From Craspedostauros australis (taxonomy: Eukaryota): 20,000 nt of DNA. Positions 8,158-17,548 of this stretch are shown piece by piece. A program made the position numbers and the translations under genes. Each line of letters starts with the position of its first letter. The stretch's first letter is position 1. The notes below the pieces were generated by a model, which was given only the letters and a program-made list of their open reading frames with translations, was not told where the DNA came from and did no database searches. The stretch covers positions 45,652 through 65,651 of the forward strand of contig JALAGF010003801.1 of the NCBI GenBank assembly GCA_030167865.1, read 5' to 3'.

Positions 8158-10298
8158 GGTGCTGTGTCAATGGTACAATGAGTACGTACAGGTATTGTGG
8201 GATGGTGCTGATTCTTGCTTGATGTTTGATGTTTGCTACAGTTGTTGCTAACGATGGACGAAACTAAGCCCATGTGTGTGGCTATGTGTGTGGATGCGTG
8301 TCGGTATGAGTTGTGAATGTGGAGCAACACGAGGTTCAGGAGCTGGCCCTCTCTCGAGTGTAGTAGTAGTTGATGTTGTTGTTGTGTCGATGTGGAGTTT
8401 GTCAACAAGCTGGATGTCTGGTCAAACACGAGAACTCTTGGGAGTTTGTGGTTGTCTTTTCAGGCGTGCACTTCAATTGGTTGCGGCTTTCGCAGTCCAC
8501 CACGACAAGCCCTTCGGCATGTCCGCCCGAACTGTGTCAGTAGTTTTGCCGGTCGCTGGCCTTCTCAGCCTGCCCTGCACAGAGTCGATGCTATTGTACG
8601 TGTTGGAGACGCAAGAGACCGCAGCGCTGGGGTGCTGTCGCGCTTTCTTCGCTTGTTCTTTCTTCTGGTTTCGCGTGCTCGCTTCTTCTCCCTCTTTGTG
8701 CACAAGGAGTTAGGTTCATTCACAGCCCGATTCAGCGTGGAGTAGCTACTGCAATGCAATTAGAGATCAGCCGCTTTCTGTGCTCTTCCCCTCTTTGTCG
8801 GATGTGTCTCCGTGGTCTTTTGCTCTCTTTTGTCAATTGTCCTTTCTCTCTTTGATGGTCGGTTCTGCCAACACACCAACAGACCGACCCTGCGCCAGGG
8901 TTGGCACACTTGACAAAACCCCGCAACACGATCAAGAGCACAGAGACGAGAGAGGTTGTTGGTGCGCATGCGTATCGTTGATGGACCAGGGATTTACTCT
9001 TCGCCTCTCTGCGTACCTTGGCCCCGAAACAGATTGTTAGACTCGTGTGCTGTGCTGCATTTCGTGATCCCCTCTCCCTTGGTTTCCGTCATGCAGGCTT
9101 TGTTGTCGCCGCTGTGCCTGTTGTCGTTGGCCTTCCTGTCTCTGCTTCGCTCTCTTTGCTGTCAAACCAATTATCGCTGCTGATGTCGCCGTCGATCAAT
9201 GCCCAGTTCCGCGTGAGCACTTTCATCCATTCGTACTTCTGTGACCGAGCAGAAACCAAGCGCGGAACTTGGCGCGATGAAGCTTGGCGAGCCTTCGTCT
9301 TGGTTTGTGTCAGGCAATAAAAGCGAGCTGATCGTAAAATGCGACATCCAAATGCCACATGAATAACTCCATGGTACCTGAATTGTGATGCTCCGCACAT
9401 AACGAAAGCGTGCGCGAGATAAGCCCTATGATTCCATAGAACATAGAAAATGTCATCTTAAAGGTACACGACCTTTGTCAATGTCCGTCAGTCATGCCTT
9501 CTTGCGTTTCGCACGCGGCACTGCACACGACTCGTGTGTCCGTTGGCATTTGCCCTACGCGACTTAATCGTAACGTTCAACGTTTTTAATACTCTTCATT
9601 GTGTATCGGTGTATCTTTGATGTTCTGTACTCTTTCTATAGTATATTGGACATTGTTGAGTCGTGACGTTGACGGTCACGACTGGGCTCGAAACACAGAA
9701 CATCAACAAAACGAGAAACGTAGACGTGCTTTTGCGCGCGCTTGTAGCTTCGTTGATGTTTGTTCCTGCGTTTTGTGGTGGCGATGCTTTGGGTGGTACG
9801 ACTACGGGCAGTGGTTGGTTGGAGCTTGCTGTGGACACTGTTCTTTGTTTCTCCATCTCTCCCGTGTGGTTGCGGGACACAGCTTGCACCCCTGTTGGAC
9901 AGGATCTTCTCTTCTCCCGTGTCCGCTTCATCCGCCAACCGCCCATTCCGTTATTGCCATACTTGCATCCTCAACGCATTTCGTCTCTCACTTGCACACA
10001 CCACAAGTCCCTGTTGCGACAACCTCCCAACCAACAACTCATTGGATTAGGTATACACCTCCCGGTCGCAAGTAAGGAACTGTTGTACAATAGATACCAG
10101 TCACTGGCACCGAGCGTTCCAAGCAACACCCCACCAACACAGGTCATTGTACGAGAATCGAAAAGTGCAACCATCGTCACCGAGACTGGCATCGACTCTG
10201 GCGCGTTAACCTCAAAGCCCGAACAGGCAACCATTCATCGAACGATACACCCACCGAAACATAGCTGCTGCTAATACAAGCACTCCACGTACTGCACC

Positions 10299-11669
10299 AT
10301 GGGAGCCTGTTCATCGTCATGCGGCATCTGCCAAAACAGCGACGCGACGGTCGTGCAACTGCAGGTCATTCCGCCAGAAACGGACCTGCTGGATCTTTGC
10401 AGCTTGGCCACCGACGACACGATCCGCCTCGAAGCATTCGAAATGATCAAGACGCGAGTCGCCAGCCACCCGCGCGAGGCACGCATGTGGAACGAGCAGC
10501 GCCGCTTGCCCATCCACATGATCTGCGCCTTGCCCGATATGTGGGATGAAGCCTCGGCGCGGCACATCATCCGTGTCCTCGTCAACGCGTATCCGAAGGG
10601 CCTCACCATGCCCGATGGATCCAATGATACGCCGTTGCATCTGACATGCGAGACGCAGGGGTACGAAGTGGCAATGACCGTGTTCCAGGCCATGCGCACC
10701 GCTGTTTCCATCAAAGGGAAGGAAGGAAATCTGCCGATCCACATGGTGTGCCGTCGGTACGTTTGTTCAGATGAGAAAAAGTGGCTCGACGTCCTCCTGC
10801 AAATGCTGATGGAATATCCGCAAGGAGTCTTCGAGAAGGACGAAGAAGGGTTGACGCCCATGAAGGCCGCATGGGTTTTCGACGCTGATCTCAGGCCGAT
10901 GATTGACATCAACAAATACATGTGCGACACAACAGAAGCCTCGGGCCGCCAAATGCGCTGCCATGAGGTCGCGCTCATGCTGTTGTTCTTTGCGGAACGG
11001 CACTTGCGAAAAGATGGCAAAGCAGCAAAGATTGTTGAGAAGACCAAGGCAGTAGACGCGTCACAGCCAAATCCTGCTGGCGGCGACAATGGCGAGGATA
11101 CCGACGAACTCGAAGAGACGGATTCTATGGAAGACAGCGAGGAGACGGAGGAAACGGAAGACAGAGAGGATGTGTCGTCGCAGGACGCCCAGTCGGCACA
11201 GGAAATGGACGAGGCGGCGTCCCAGCAGCCGCATGGTGCGCTCCCACCGACTCAATCCACAAGATCCAGTCAGTCTTCGAGCTCCAGTCAGTCTGCAAGT
11301 AGCGACGAAGATTCAGAAATCGAAGAACAACTGAACGACCCAGAAGTGGCTGCTCTGCGAAAGGCCATCATAAAGCGCGATGCGTCTTCCCGCGGTCGCC
11401 CCCCGCTGGCAGCACCAGCGACGTTGTTGTGGCTGGTCAAGTATGGCGACAAATGCAACATCCCGATCGCGCTCTGCAAGGCTATTGTCGCGCATAATCA
11501 AAGCCAGCTGCTGGTGCCGGACGCAGAGACAGGCAAGTTACCGCTACATATATTGCAACAGAGGAAGACTGAGCCGGGCACGGATGAATCGTACCTGACG
11601 AGTTTGACGAACGTGGTCGAGAGCTTTCACAAGCGAGTGTCGGATCCCAAGCGATGCAGATTCCTCTAG
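10299..11669 (+). CDS. Ankyrin-repeat-like protein (456 aa) with acidic/Ser-rich insertion
   Basis: ATG in caccATGg context. Ankyrin-type turns: RLPIHMIC, DGSNDTPLHLTC, KEGNLPIHMVC, KDEEGLTPM, DAETGKLPLHIL, preceded by LVNAYP / LLQMLMEYP helices. An E/D/S-rich linker (~11085-11335) interrupts the repeats. Confidence 0.8.
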   Translation: MGACSSSCGICQNSDATVVQLQVIPPETDLLDLCSLATDDTIRLEAFEMIKTRVASHPREARMWNEQRRLPIHMICALPDMWDEASARHIIRVLVNAYPKGLTMPDGSNDTPLHLTCETQGYEVAMTVFQAMRTAVSIKGKEGNLPIHMVCRRYVCSDEKKWLDVLLQMLMEYPQGVFEKDEEGLTPMKAAWVFDADLRPMIDINKYMCDTTEASGRQMRCHEVALMLLFFAERHLRKDGKAAKIVEKTKAVDASQPNPAGGDNGEDTDELEETDSMEDSEETEETEDREDVSSQDAQSAQEMDEAASQQPHGALPPTQSTRSSQSSSSSQSASSDEDSEIEEQLNDPEVAALRKAIIKRDASSRGRPPLAAPATLLWLVKYGDKCNIPIALCKAIVAHNQSQLLVPDAETGKLPLHILQQRKTEPGTDESYLTSLTNVVESFHKRVSDPKRCRFL

Positions 11670-12567
11670 GACAACGGCAGGCATATAGTGCACTGCGCCT
11701 CATGGGCGAAGCGGCGGAAGACCGTTTGCAATACAATGCGTCTTGAGCGAGCGACCTTCGAGGAACTAGGTCGAACCGAGGCCCCCTGCTGATTTAGTGC
11801 TGGGAGAGGAGGAAAAGGAAAGGGACTTCTCGAAGAACAACATGAAGAATTGCAGGTTTGCATGTGGTAGAAAGGCGGTGTGCACGACCGAGTTATAGCG
11901 GTAGTATACATAACAACATATGGTCTCATTGTGCTCGCATGAGGACGAGGACAGGAAGGCGGAGTCGAGTTGTCTCTACTGTGGCTGGAGCAATGTAACT
12001 GCGAGCTGACCAGTCGCGCTCCACCAACACGAGCAGGTCGGGTTGACAACGGTTGCATGCGAGTCGTGGATGCTGTGTTGAATCTATTCCCGTGAGGCGT
12101 GACAGTTTGGCCTCCACGCTCGTGTGTGACGCGCGGGGCCGGCCAATCCGTTTCGCGAAAGTGCTCACAATTCTATCGCCAACAAGGGAGTTGTCGACCG
12201 GCAAATCCAAGGGCACGACCAAAACAAGACGTTTTATCAGAAGAAATGAAACGCAGAGGTCAACCCTGCCTTTTCGCCGTTCGTGTGATACCGTCATTCG
12301 TTCAATGACAATATTCGCTTTTCGCAACACCAAGAAGCAAGGTTTGCTGTCGCACAAGCACCAACCTCAGATTTGAAATCAACCGCAACAACGAGAACAG
12401 CAGTTGCAGGTAGATAAGAGGACCGAACAGTTCCATTTCTGCGTCACCATCGACATTTCCGTCTCCATCTGCATCTCCAACGCCGACTTCTCCATCGACA
12501 TCAACATCATCAGCAAGAGCAAGAACACGAGCAAGGACAGCGGCCGCACCGCCATAGATGGGCCACC

Positions 12568-15129
12568 ATGGATGGCGGAATGAGCATCAAGGACCGCCTG
12601 GCGGCATGGGGCAAGGCGACCGAACCTCAGAGCTGCCAATCTTCGATGCCGTCTCTCCTGGGCATCACGTCCCATGATAGCAGCGACTGCCGCGAAGACA
12701 TGAAGTCCATATCCACGAGCAAAGGAGACTACAGCACGGACGATGCCTCCCTCGCGACGGCTGAAGTGCGCGAGGAACCACAGGAAACCGTCGAACGAAC
12801 CTACGCAGGCAGTACGAGAGTGAAGCTGAAGAAAGTCGACATCGTGTCGGTGGAGCGACGATCCTACTGCCCTCCCCCAGAAGAGGAGCCGACATACTCG
12901 AGGGAGGCGAAGCTGTTGCGACCTGTGGACATCGATCAGGTTGAGCGCACCAAGACGATCGTGCCCATGGCAGAGCCAGCGTACCGTCAGATCAGTCTGA
13001 GGAAGGCGGGGTCACGCAGCTTGGGCAACGCGATCACCACCGCGTCGAAGAGCTTCGATGACAGGTCTGCAAAAGATATGCGAGATGATGCCATCGTCTC
13101 GCCACCCGACGCTCGCAACCACAGGCGGAGCTTTGGCCACAGGAATCATCGAAGGAGCCGCAGCAGCGTGGATTCATACGTATCCAATCTCAATATCCCG
13201 ATCATGAACATGAATATGAACATGAGTATCAGTACGAGTAGATCGGCTGAGGGCGAAAGGACGCCCATAAAAGCGCAAGTCAAGGATCGCGAAGGTGCAA
13301 GGGATCCCCAAGATGCCGAAAGTCATGCGAAAGCTGACGGTCTCCCCAGCAACACAAGCAGTCGCCTTCCAGTCAAACTCAACAAGGTTGACATTGCCGC
13401 AGTCGAACAACAGCAGAATATCCCGCAGCCCAAGGCTCCACTTTACAAGAATATAAACCTTCGCAAGGTACACCGTCCTGATCGATGTGCCGAGAGCGCC
13501 TCGATGACACCAACGGACGCCAGCTTCACCAGCTGCGAAGCCACGAGCGAACGGAGCAGACCGGTGATCCGTACACCATGCAAGTCATCCAGGACTTCGA
13601 AGCCCTCGTCCATCCAATCTTCATCACTTCCACCACCATCACTGTCGACGGCATTGCCAAATGCTTCTTCTCCCGCAATCACCAGAACACAGACTCCAGG
13701 AACCTCCTCGGGGTCAGCTGGGCAGCGGGATGGTCGACAGCCCCGTGTTGTGCGACGAGTCCAAAGTCCTCCCGTCCATCCACGAGATCCGGTGAAGAGC
13801 AAGGTCGTCATCACGCCAATCCATTCCTCAAGGATGGCAAGACAAGGTAATACGGGCACGGGTGTGAAGCCCGATACCGCGGACATCCCATCGGTCGTCG
13901 AGGTATCCGAACCGGGAAGGCGATCCCCGTACCAGGTTGTCAGCACAAGCACCAGGCCTGCATCGCAGCGATCCGCTTCCCCTGTTGCGTATGAAGGTGC
14001 AACAGCAACAGCAACAGCAGTCCCTCGCACCCCACCGGTCACATGGCGGCCCAAGTTCAAGCACAACAGGTCCAAATCATTGTCGATGCCGCCCAAAGTA
14101 CTCGATACTGCCGCTGGTGACGACCAATCGGCCAAACAGGCTGCCGCCGATGGCCATGGTGCTGGTAGTCCAGCGCCATTGAATGCCCGAAAAGCTCAGG
14201 GCAGCTCTGCATCACTCACGCCGGTGCGAATGCATGCACTTGGGTATTCCCGATCTCGCCTGCGCAGGACGGACAGGACCCCAACGAAGATCCTGGAGAG
14301 CACGACTTCAGAGGGGGCACAGAGCATGGCCACGTCGACAGTGCCATCCTCTTCCTCCTTCTGTTCTTCGTCGTCGTCATCATCGTCATATGTTGCCGAC
14401 TCATCCTCCTCCGTCGTTTCATCATCCACCGAAGCCCCGCCCGCATCAACCGCAGCCACGGCCACTGCCACATCCATTGCCAAATGCATGGTCACTCCAA
14501 CCAAGAAAACGGGCGTTCCTACTTATGCGAAAGTCCACTTGCGACGTACCGACGTCCCGATGACACCACCCCTCGCCAAGCCCCCATTCAAGCAACGACC
14601 GCACACCGCTAGGACAGATATGCAACCGCCGCATTCGAGGTTCGGAGAGGCTTCGGTGATCGAGTTATCGTCTGAAGACAAGCAGATGAGCGCACATGCC
14701 GACGATGGTCCCAAGAAGGTCAAGTGCAGCGCCGCGCCTGCGATCGAGTCACCGGTCCCATCATACGCGAAGGTCAGCCTTCGTCGTGTCGATATGTTAC
14801 AAGAAGAGGGAGAACAACACCCAGCCCAAGTTGAAACGGTCGCATCGCCTCAGTGCACGCCAATCAAGGAGATGGTCCGTCTCAAGAAGGTCGACATTGA
14901 GGAGGTCGAAGCCAAACTGAGGACAGCGCATCTTCAGAATGTGCCACCAGAGCCTGACACATTCCTGCCGCTGGCTGCGGTGAAACTGAAGAGCACCGAG
15001 GAGCGAGAGGCGGAGGCACGGCAGGCAGAAGAAGAGGCGCAGCACAAGCAGGCGGATGCAAGCAGACTTGCTTCCGAGGCGCCGCTGTACAGCCGCAACA
15101 GCTTACGCAAGGTCGCCGATCGGGAATGA
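12568..15129 (+). CDS. 853-aa disordered S/T/P-rich protein with ~11 dispersed L-[KRN]-[KRPS]-[VTA] (LKKV-like) motifs
   Basis: Long ORF with a canonical Kozak context (gccaccATGg) at 12568. A repeated Y-x(4-7)-L-basic-basic-V/T-D motif recurs through it. No globular domain is recognisable. Confidence 0.8.
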   Translation: MDGGMSIKDRLAAWGKATEPQSCQSSMPSLLGITSHDSSDCREDMKSISTSKGDYSTDDASLATAEVREEPQETVERTYAGSTRVKLKKVDIVSVERRSYCPPPEEEPTYSREAKLLRPVDIDQVERTKTIVPMAEPAYRQISLRKAGSRSLGNAITTASKSFDDRSAKDMRDDAIVSPPDARNHRRSFGHRNHRRSRSSVDSYVSNLNIPIMNMNMNMSISTSRSAEGERTPIKAQVKDREGARDPQDAESHAKADGLPSNTSSRLPVKLNKVDIAAVEQQQNIPQPKAPLYKNINLRKVHRPDRCAESASMTPTDASFTSCEATSERSRPVIRTPCKSSRTSKPSSIQSSSLPPPSLSTALPNASSPAITRTQTPGTSSGSAGQRDGRQPRVVRRVQSPPVHPRDPVKSKVVITPIHSSRMARQGNTGTGVKPDTADIPSVVEVSEPGRRSPYQVVSTSTRPASQRSASPVAYEGATATATAVPRTPPVTWRPKFKHNRSKSLSMPPKVLDTAAGDDQSAKQAAADGHGAGSPAPLNARKAQGSSASLTPVRMHALGYSRSRLRRTDRTPTKILESTTSEGAQSMATSTVPSSSSFCSSSSSSSSYVADSSSSVVSSSTEAPPASTAATATATSIAKCMVTPTKKTGVPTYAKVHLRRTDVPMTPPLAKPPFKQRPHTARTDMQPPHSRFGEASVIELSSEDKQMSAHADDGPKKVKCSAAPAIESPVPSYAKVSLRRVDMLQEEGEQHPAQVETVASPQCTPIKEMVRLKKVDIEEVEAKLRTAHLQNVPPEPDTFLPLAAVKLKSTEEREAEARQAEEEAQHKQADASRLASEAPLYSRNSLRKVADRE

Positions 15130-15730
15130 AGTGAAGTCAAGCGGACGCCAACTCTGACGATGGCGATTGCGATAGATGAGCTTTAGATATATGTTCCAAC
15201 AACAATGATTGCAACGTAACCTTGGATGTGGCTCCGTATGGGCGATTGTTCCATGCGGGCTCATGACAGCACGCAGTGCGCGGCAACAACAAAAAACAAA
15301 CAACATTGGTGATGGCAAGAAGTGATACAAGGACATATGTGGATGGTGCGGTGGAAATTCCAAGGGTGGGAGTCAGAAAGCAAGTGAAATGCTGCTGCAC
15401 TGAAGCGCCTGGTGGAGATAGAGACAACGGATCAACAATCAAAGTAAAAGTAAGTTAAGTATGCGAAGTTCTGACGAGTGTGATGTTCCATGCAACTGTT
15501 CACTTTGGTTTTTATGTGGAATATGTTTGGATGTTGAGACATCATGTTGTTGGATCGAACTGGGATGGCGGTGCGTTGCCTTGCCTTGCCATGGTTCTTG
15601 GTTGTGGAAGACGTTGCTTCCGCCGCAACGCGTTCCGTTGTTCTGCTCCTGAAGCACATGGCAACCAAGATGGTATTGCACGAGCGACGGGCGAGACACC
15701 ACCAAGTTCCGGACGGCGTGCGTCCATACT

Positions 15731-17548
15731 CTACACCTGGCCGATCTCCTTGACCATCTTCTGGAACCACTCCTGTTCCACGTTGAACGCCTTTCCGCCC
15801 TTGATGCGTTCGAACTCGATGGGGCGGATGGGGTTTCCTTCCTTCTCCTCGTCCTCTCCCATGCATCCGGACACGCCGCGAATGGCAGACCTGACAGCCT
15901 CGTCGGCGCAGTTTCCGATCAGCTCTCGGTCGAACTCGTTGGCTGCGGCAGAACGCGCGAAGTATCCAGACTTCTGGACAATGGTCTTCTCCGCACCGAC
16001 GACCTCCGCCAGACGCTTCGAGAAGTAGCTGCCTGGGTTGACCTTGTCGAGCTTCACGTGTCCGAAGGCATCACGTGGCACCTCTTCGCCCTTGGACTCC
16101 ATGTCGCGGACGATCTCCTCGACGCCTGTACCTTCTCCGAAGAACACATTGACGCAGCCGTAGGTATCCATGAGCTTCTTGAGGCGTGCGCCTTCGGCCA
16201 TGAGGTCCAGCTTGACTTCTGGGATCCAAATCGCGTGGACATCACGAGATTGACGGTGGGATGGGAAGAGCGGGCTAGCGAACTCCTTCTTCTGCAGCGA
16301 TTCGCGGTAGTAGTATGCCGTGCGGGCTGTGAGGAAGCCGGAGTCACGTCCCATGCACTCGTGCAGGATCAGCATGCGCGGGTTGGCGGATGATTCGCTG
16401 ACGATGTTGGAGAAGAAGAGGGCTCCTTGGCGCGCGGCCGTGTCGGCGCCGAAGGTCTGCTTGATGGGGATGACATCGTTGTCGATGGTCTTTGGCATTC
16501 CGACGACAGTGACCTTGCCGTTGTGCTCGTCCAGAAGGTACTTCGAAAGCACAGCCGCCTGGGTGTTGGTATCGTCACCTCCGATGGTGTGAAGGACGCT
16601 GACCTTGTCGGTCAGAAGAGTCTGGGATGCAACCTCCAGTGGCGTGCTGCCCTCCTTGACGTATCCTCGCTCGATGCAGTTCTTGACGTTGGTGAGCTGA
16701 AATGGAAAAAAGTCAGAATATCACGAAGAAAATTCGACGCAGTTTGACGAATGATGGTATACCAGAATCGTATTATCGTTTGTTTGTTTGTTTGTTTGTT
16801 TGTTTGTGTGGAATGTGGTTCATGCGAGGTGGACAACGAGTATGGTAGTTCAAGGGATCCATGGATGCACGGATCGTGATGGGCAATGTTTGATGAAATG
16901 AAACAGTGCAGCCAACGAATGGATGTGAGATGAGGTGGGGGCGGGAAAACAAGAGCAAAGTGGAAGGGAACGGAAGGGACAAAGTCGGCAGTTTCGCCAG
17001 TGATTGTTGTTGCGTGCGCAATCCTGATTGCAGCCGCACCCAGTCCTTGATCTGGTGCTTTGTGTCGATGCTATTCGAATGGCGATCAAGTTGTTACGAT
17101 GTCTCGCATCATGGTATTATGGCATCATGGCATCGAAATTCACACCCATATCCAAGAGCAGCAACAGCAGCAGCAACAGCAGCATATCCAAAAACCGGTG
17201 GGACAAGTCAACCACACGCCCAATGAGCCGAACCGAAACGAAGACGCTTTGACTTACCTTGACACGGGAGTTTCCGATTGGGGAGCCACCAATCAAGTCC
17301 AAGGCGTCCATGGTCGGCCATTCCGCCTCCGGGACGACGAAGGAGTCGCCGATCAACAGGCCACGGTACCCGTCCTTGTAGAAGCGGATGGTCAGCCCCG
17401 AAATCTCGCCGGCGCGGTAGGACTTGATCCAGTGCTTGGCGAGGTGGCAGATGCTGGAGCTGAGGCATGGTGCGAGGCCGCCGGCCGTGAGCATCGCCAC
17501 GTTGACGTGCTTGCCCTTGAGTTCGAAGTCTGCTGCGTTGGATGCCAT
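15731..17548 (-). CDS. pfp: Pyrophosphate-dependent phosphofructokinase (PPi-PFK), Propionibacterium-type; complement join(15731..16696,17258..17548), 418 aa; alternative start at 17671 gives 459 aa
   Basis: Splicing restores GGSPIGNSRVK|LTNVKNC. Motifs present: LTAGGLAPC, GYRGLL, HTIGGDDT (GGDD = PPi-type), MPKTIDND, HECMGR, EG-G, RDAFGH, QKSGYFARS. Exon lengths of 291 and 966 nt are both multiples of 3 (phase-0 intron). Confidence 0.95.
16778..16805. repeat. (GTTT)7 tetranucleotide microsatellite in PFK intron
   Basis: Seven perfect GTTT units read directly. Confidence 0.95.
17159..17182. repeat. (CAG/CAA)8 trinucleotide microsatellite in PFK intron
   Basis: CAG CAA CAG CAG CAG CAA CAG CAG, bracketed by CATATCCAA direct repeats at 17147-17155 and 17183-17191. 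Confidence 0.85.

Larger units (their letters stand above)
16697..17257 (-). other. Spliceosomal GT-AG intron of the PPi-PFK gene (561 nt, phase 0)
   Basis: Minus-strand donor AAG|GTAAGT at 17257, branch-point-like CTGAC at 16716-16712, pyrimidine tract and acceptor TTTTTTCCATTTCAG|CTC at 16697. Removal joins two conserved PFK segments in frame. Confidence 0.92.

Noticed and set aside
7666-8181. Plus-strand ORF with long Leu/Val runs resembling a membrane protein
   Set aside because: Reverse-complement artefact of the poly-Gln and poly-Lys codons of the 878-aa gene.
8160-10298. Many 60-200 aa ORFs, including 9663..10274
   Set aside because: No motifs and overlapping in all frames; strand-asymmetric CA/CT-rich composition fits divergent UTR/promoter DNA.
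11670-12567. Short ORFs and ATC/AGC-rich repeats upstream of the 853-aa gene
   Set aside because: Consistent with intergenic/5'UTR low-complexity sequence; no supported protein.
16891-17027. TGATGA ... CTGA pair resembling C/D snoRNA boxes in the PFK intron
   Set aside because: On the strand opposite to the host transcript, with no terminal stem or recognisable guide; such short motifs are expected by chance.
17117-17257. Poly-Leu 'transmembrane' C-terminus of track ORF 17117..17821
   Set aside because: Read-through into the intron; the Leu run is the antisense of the CAG repeat.
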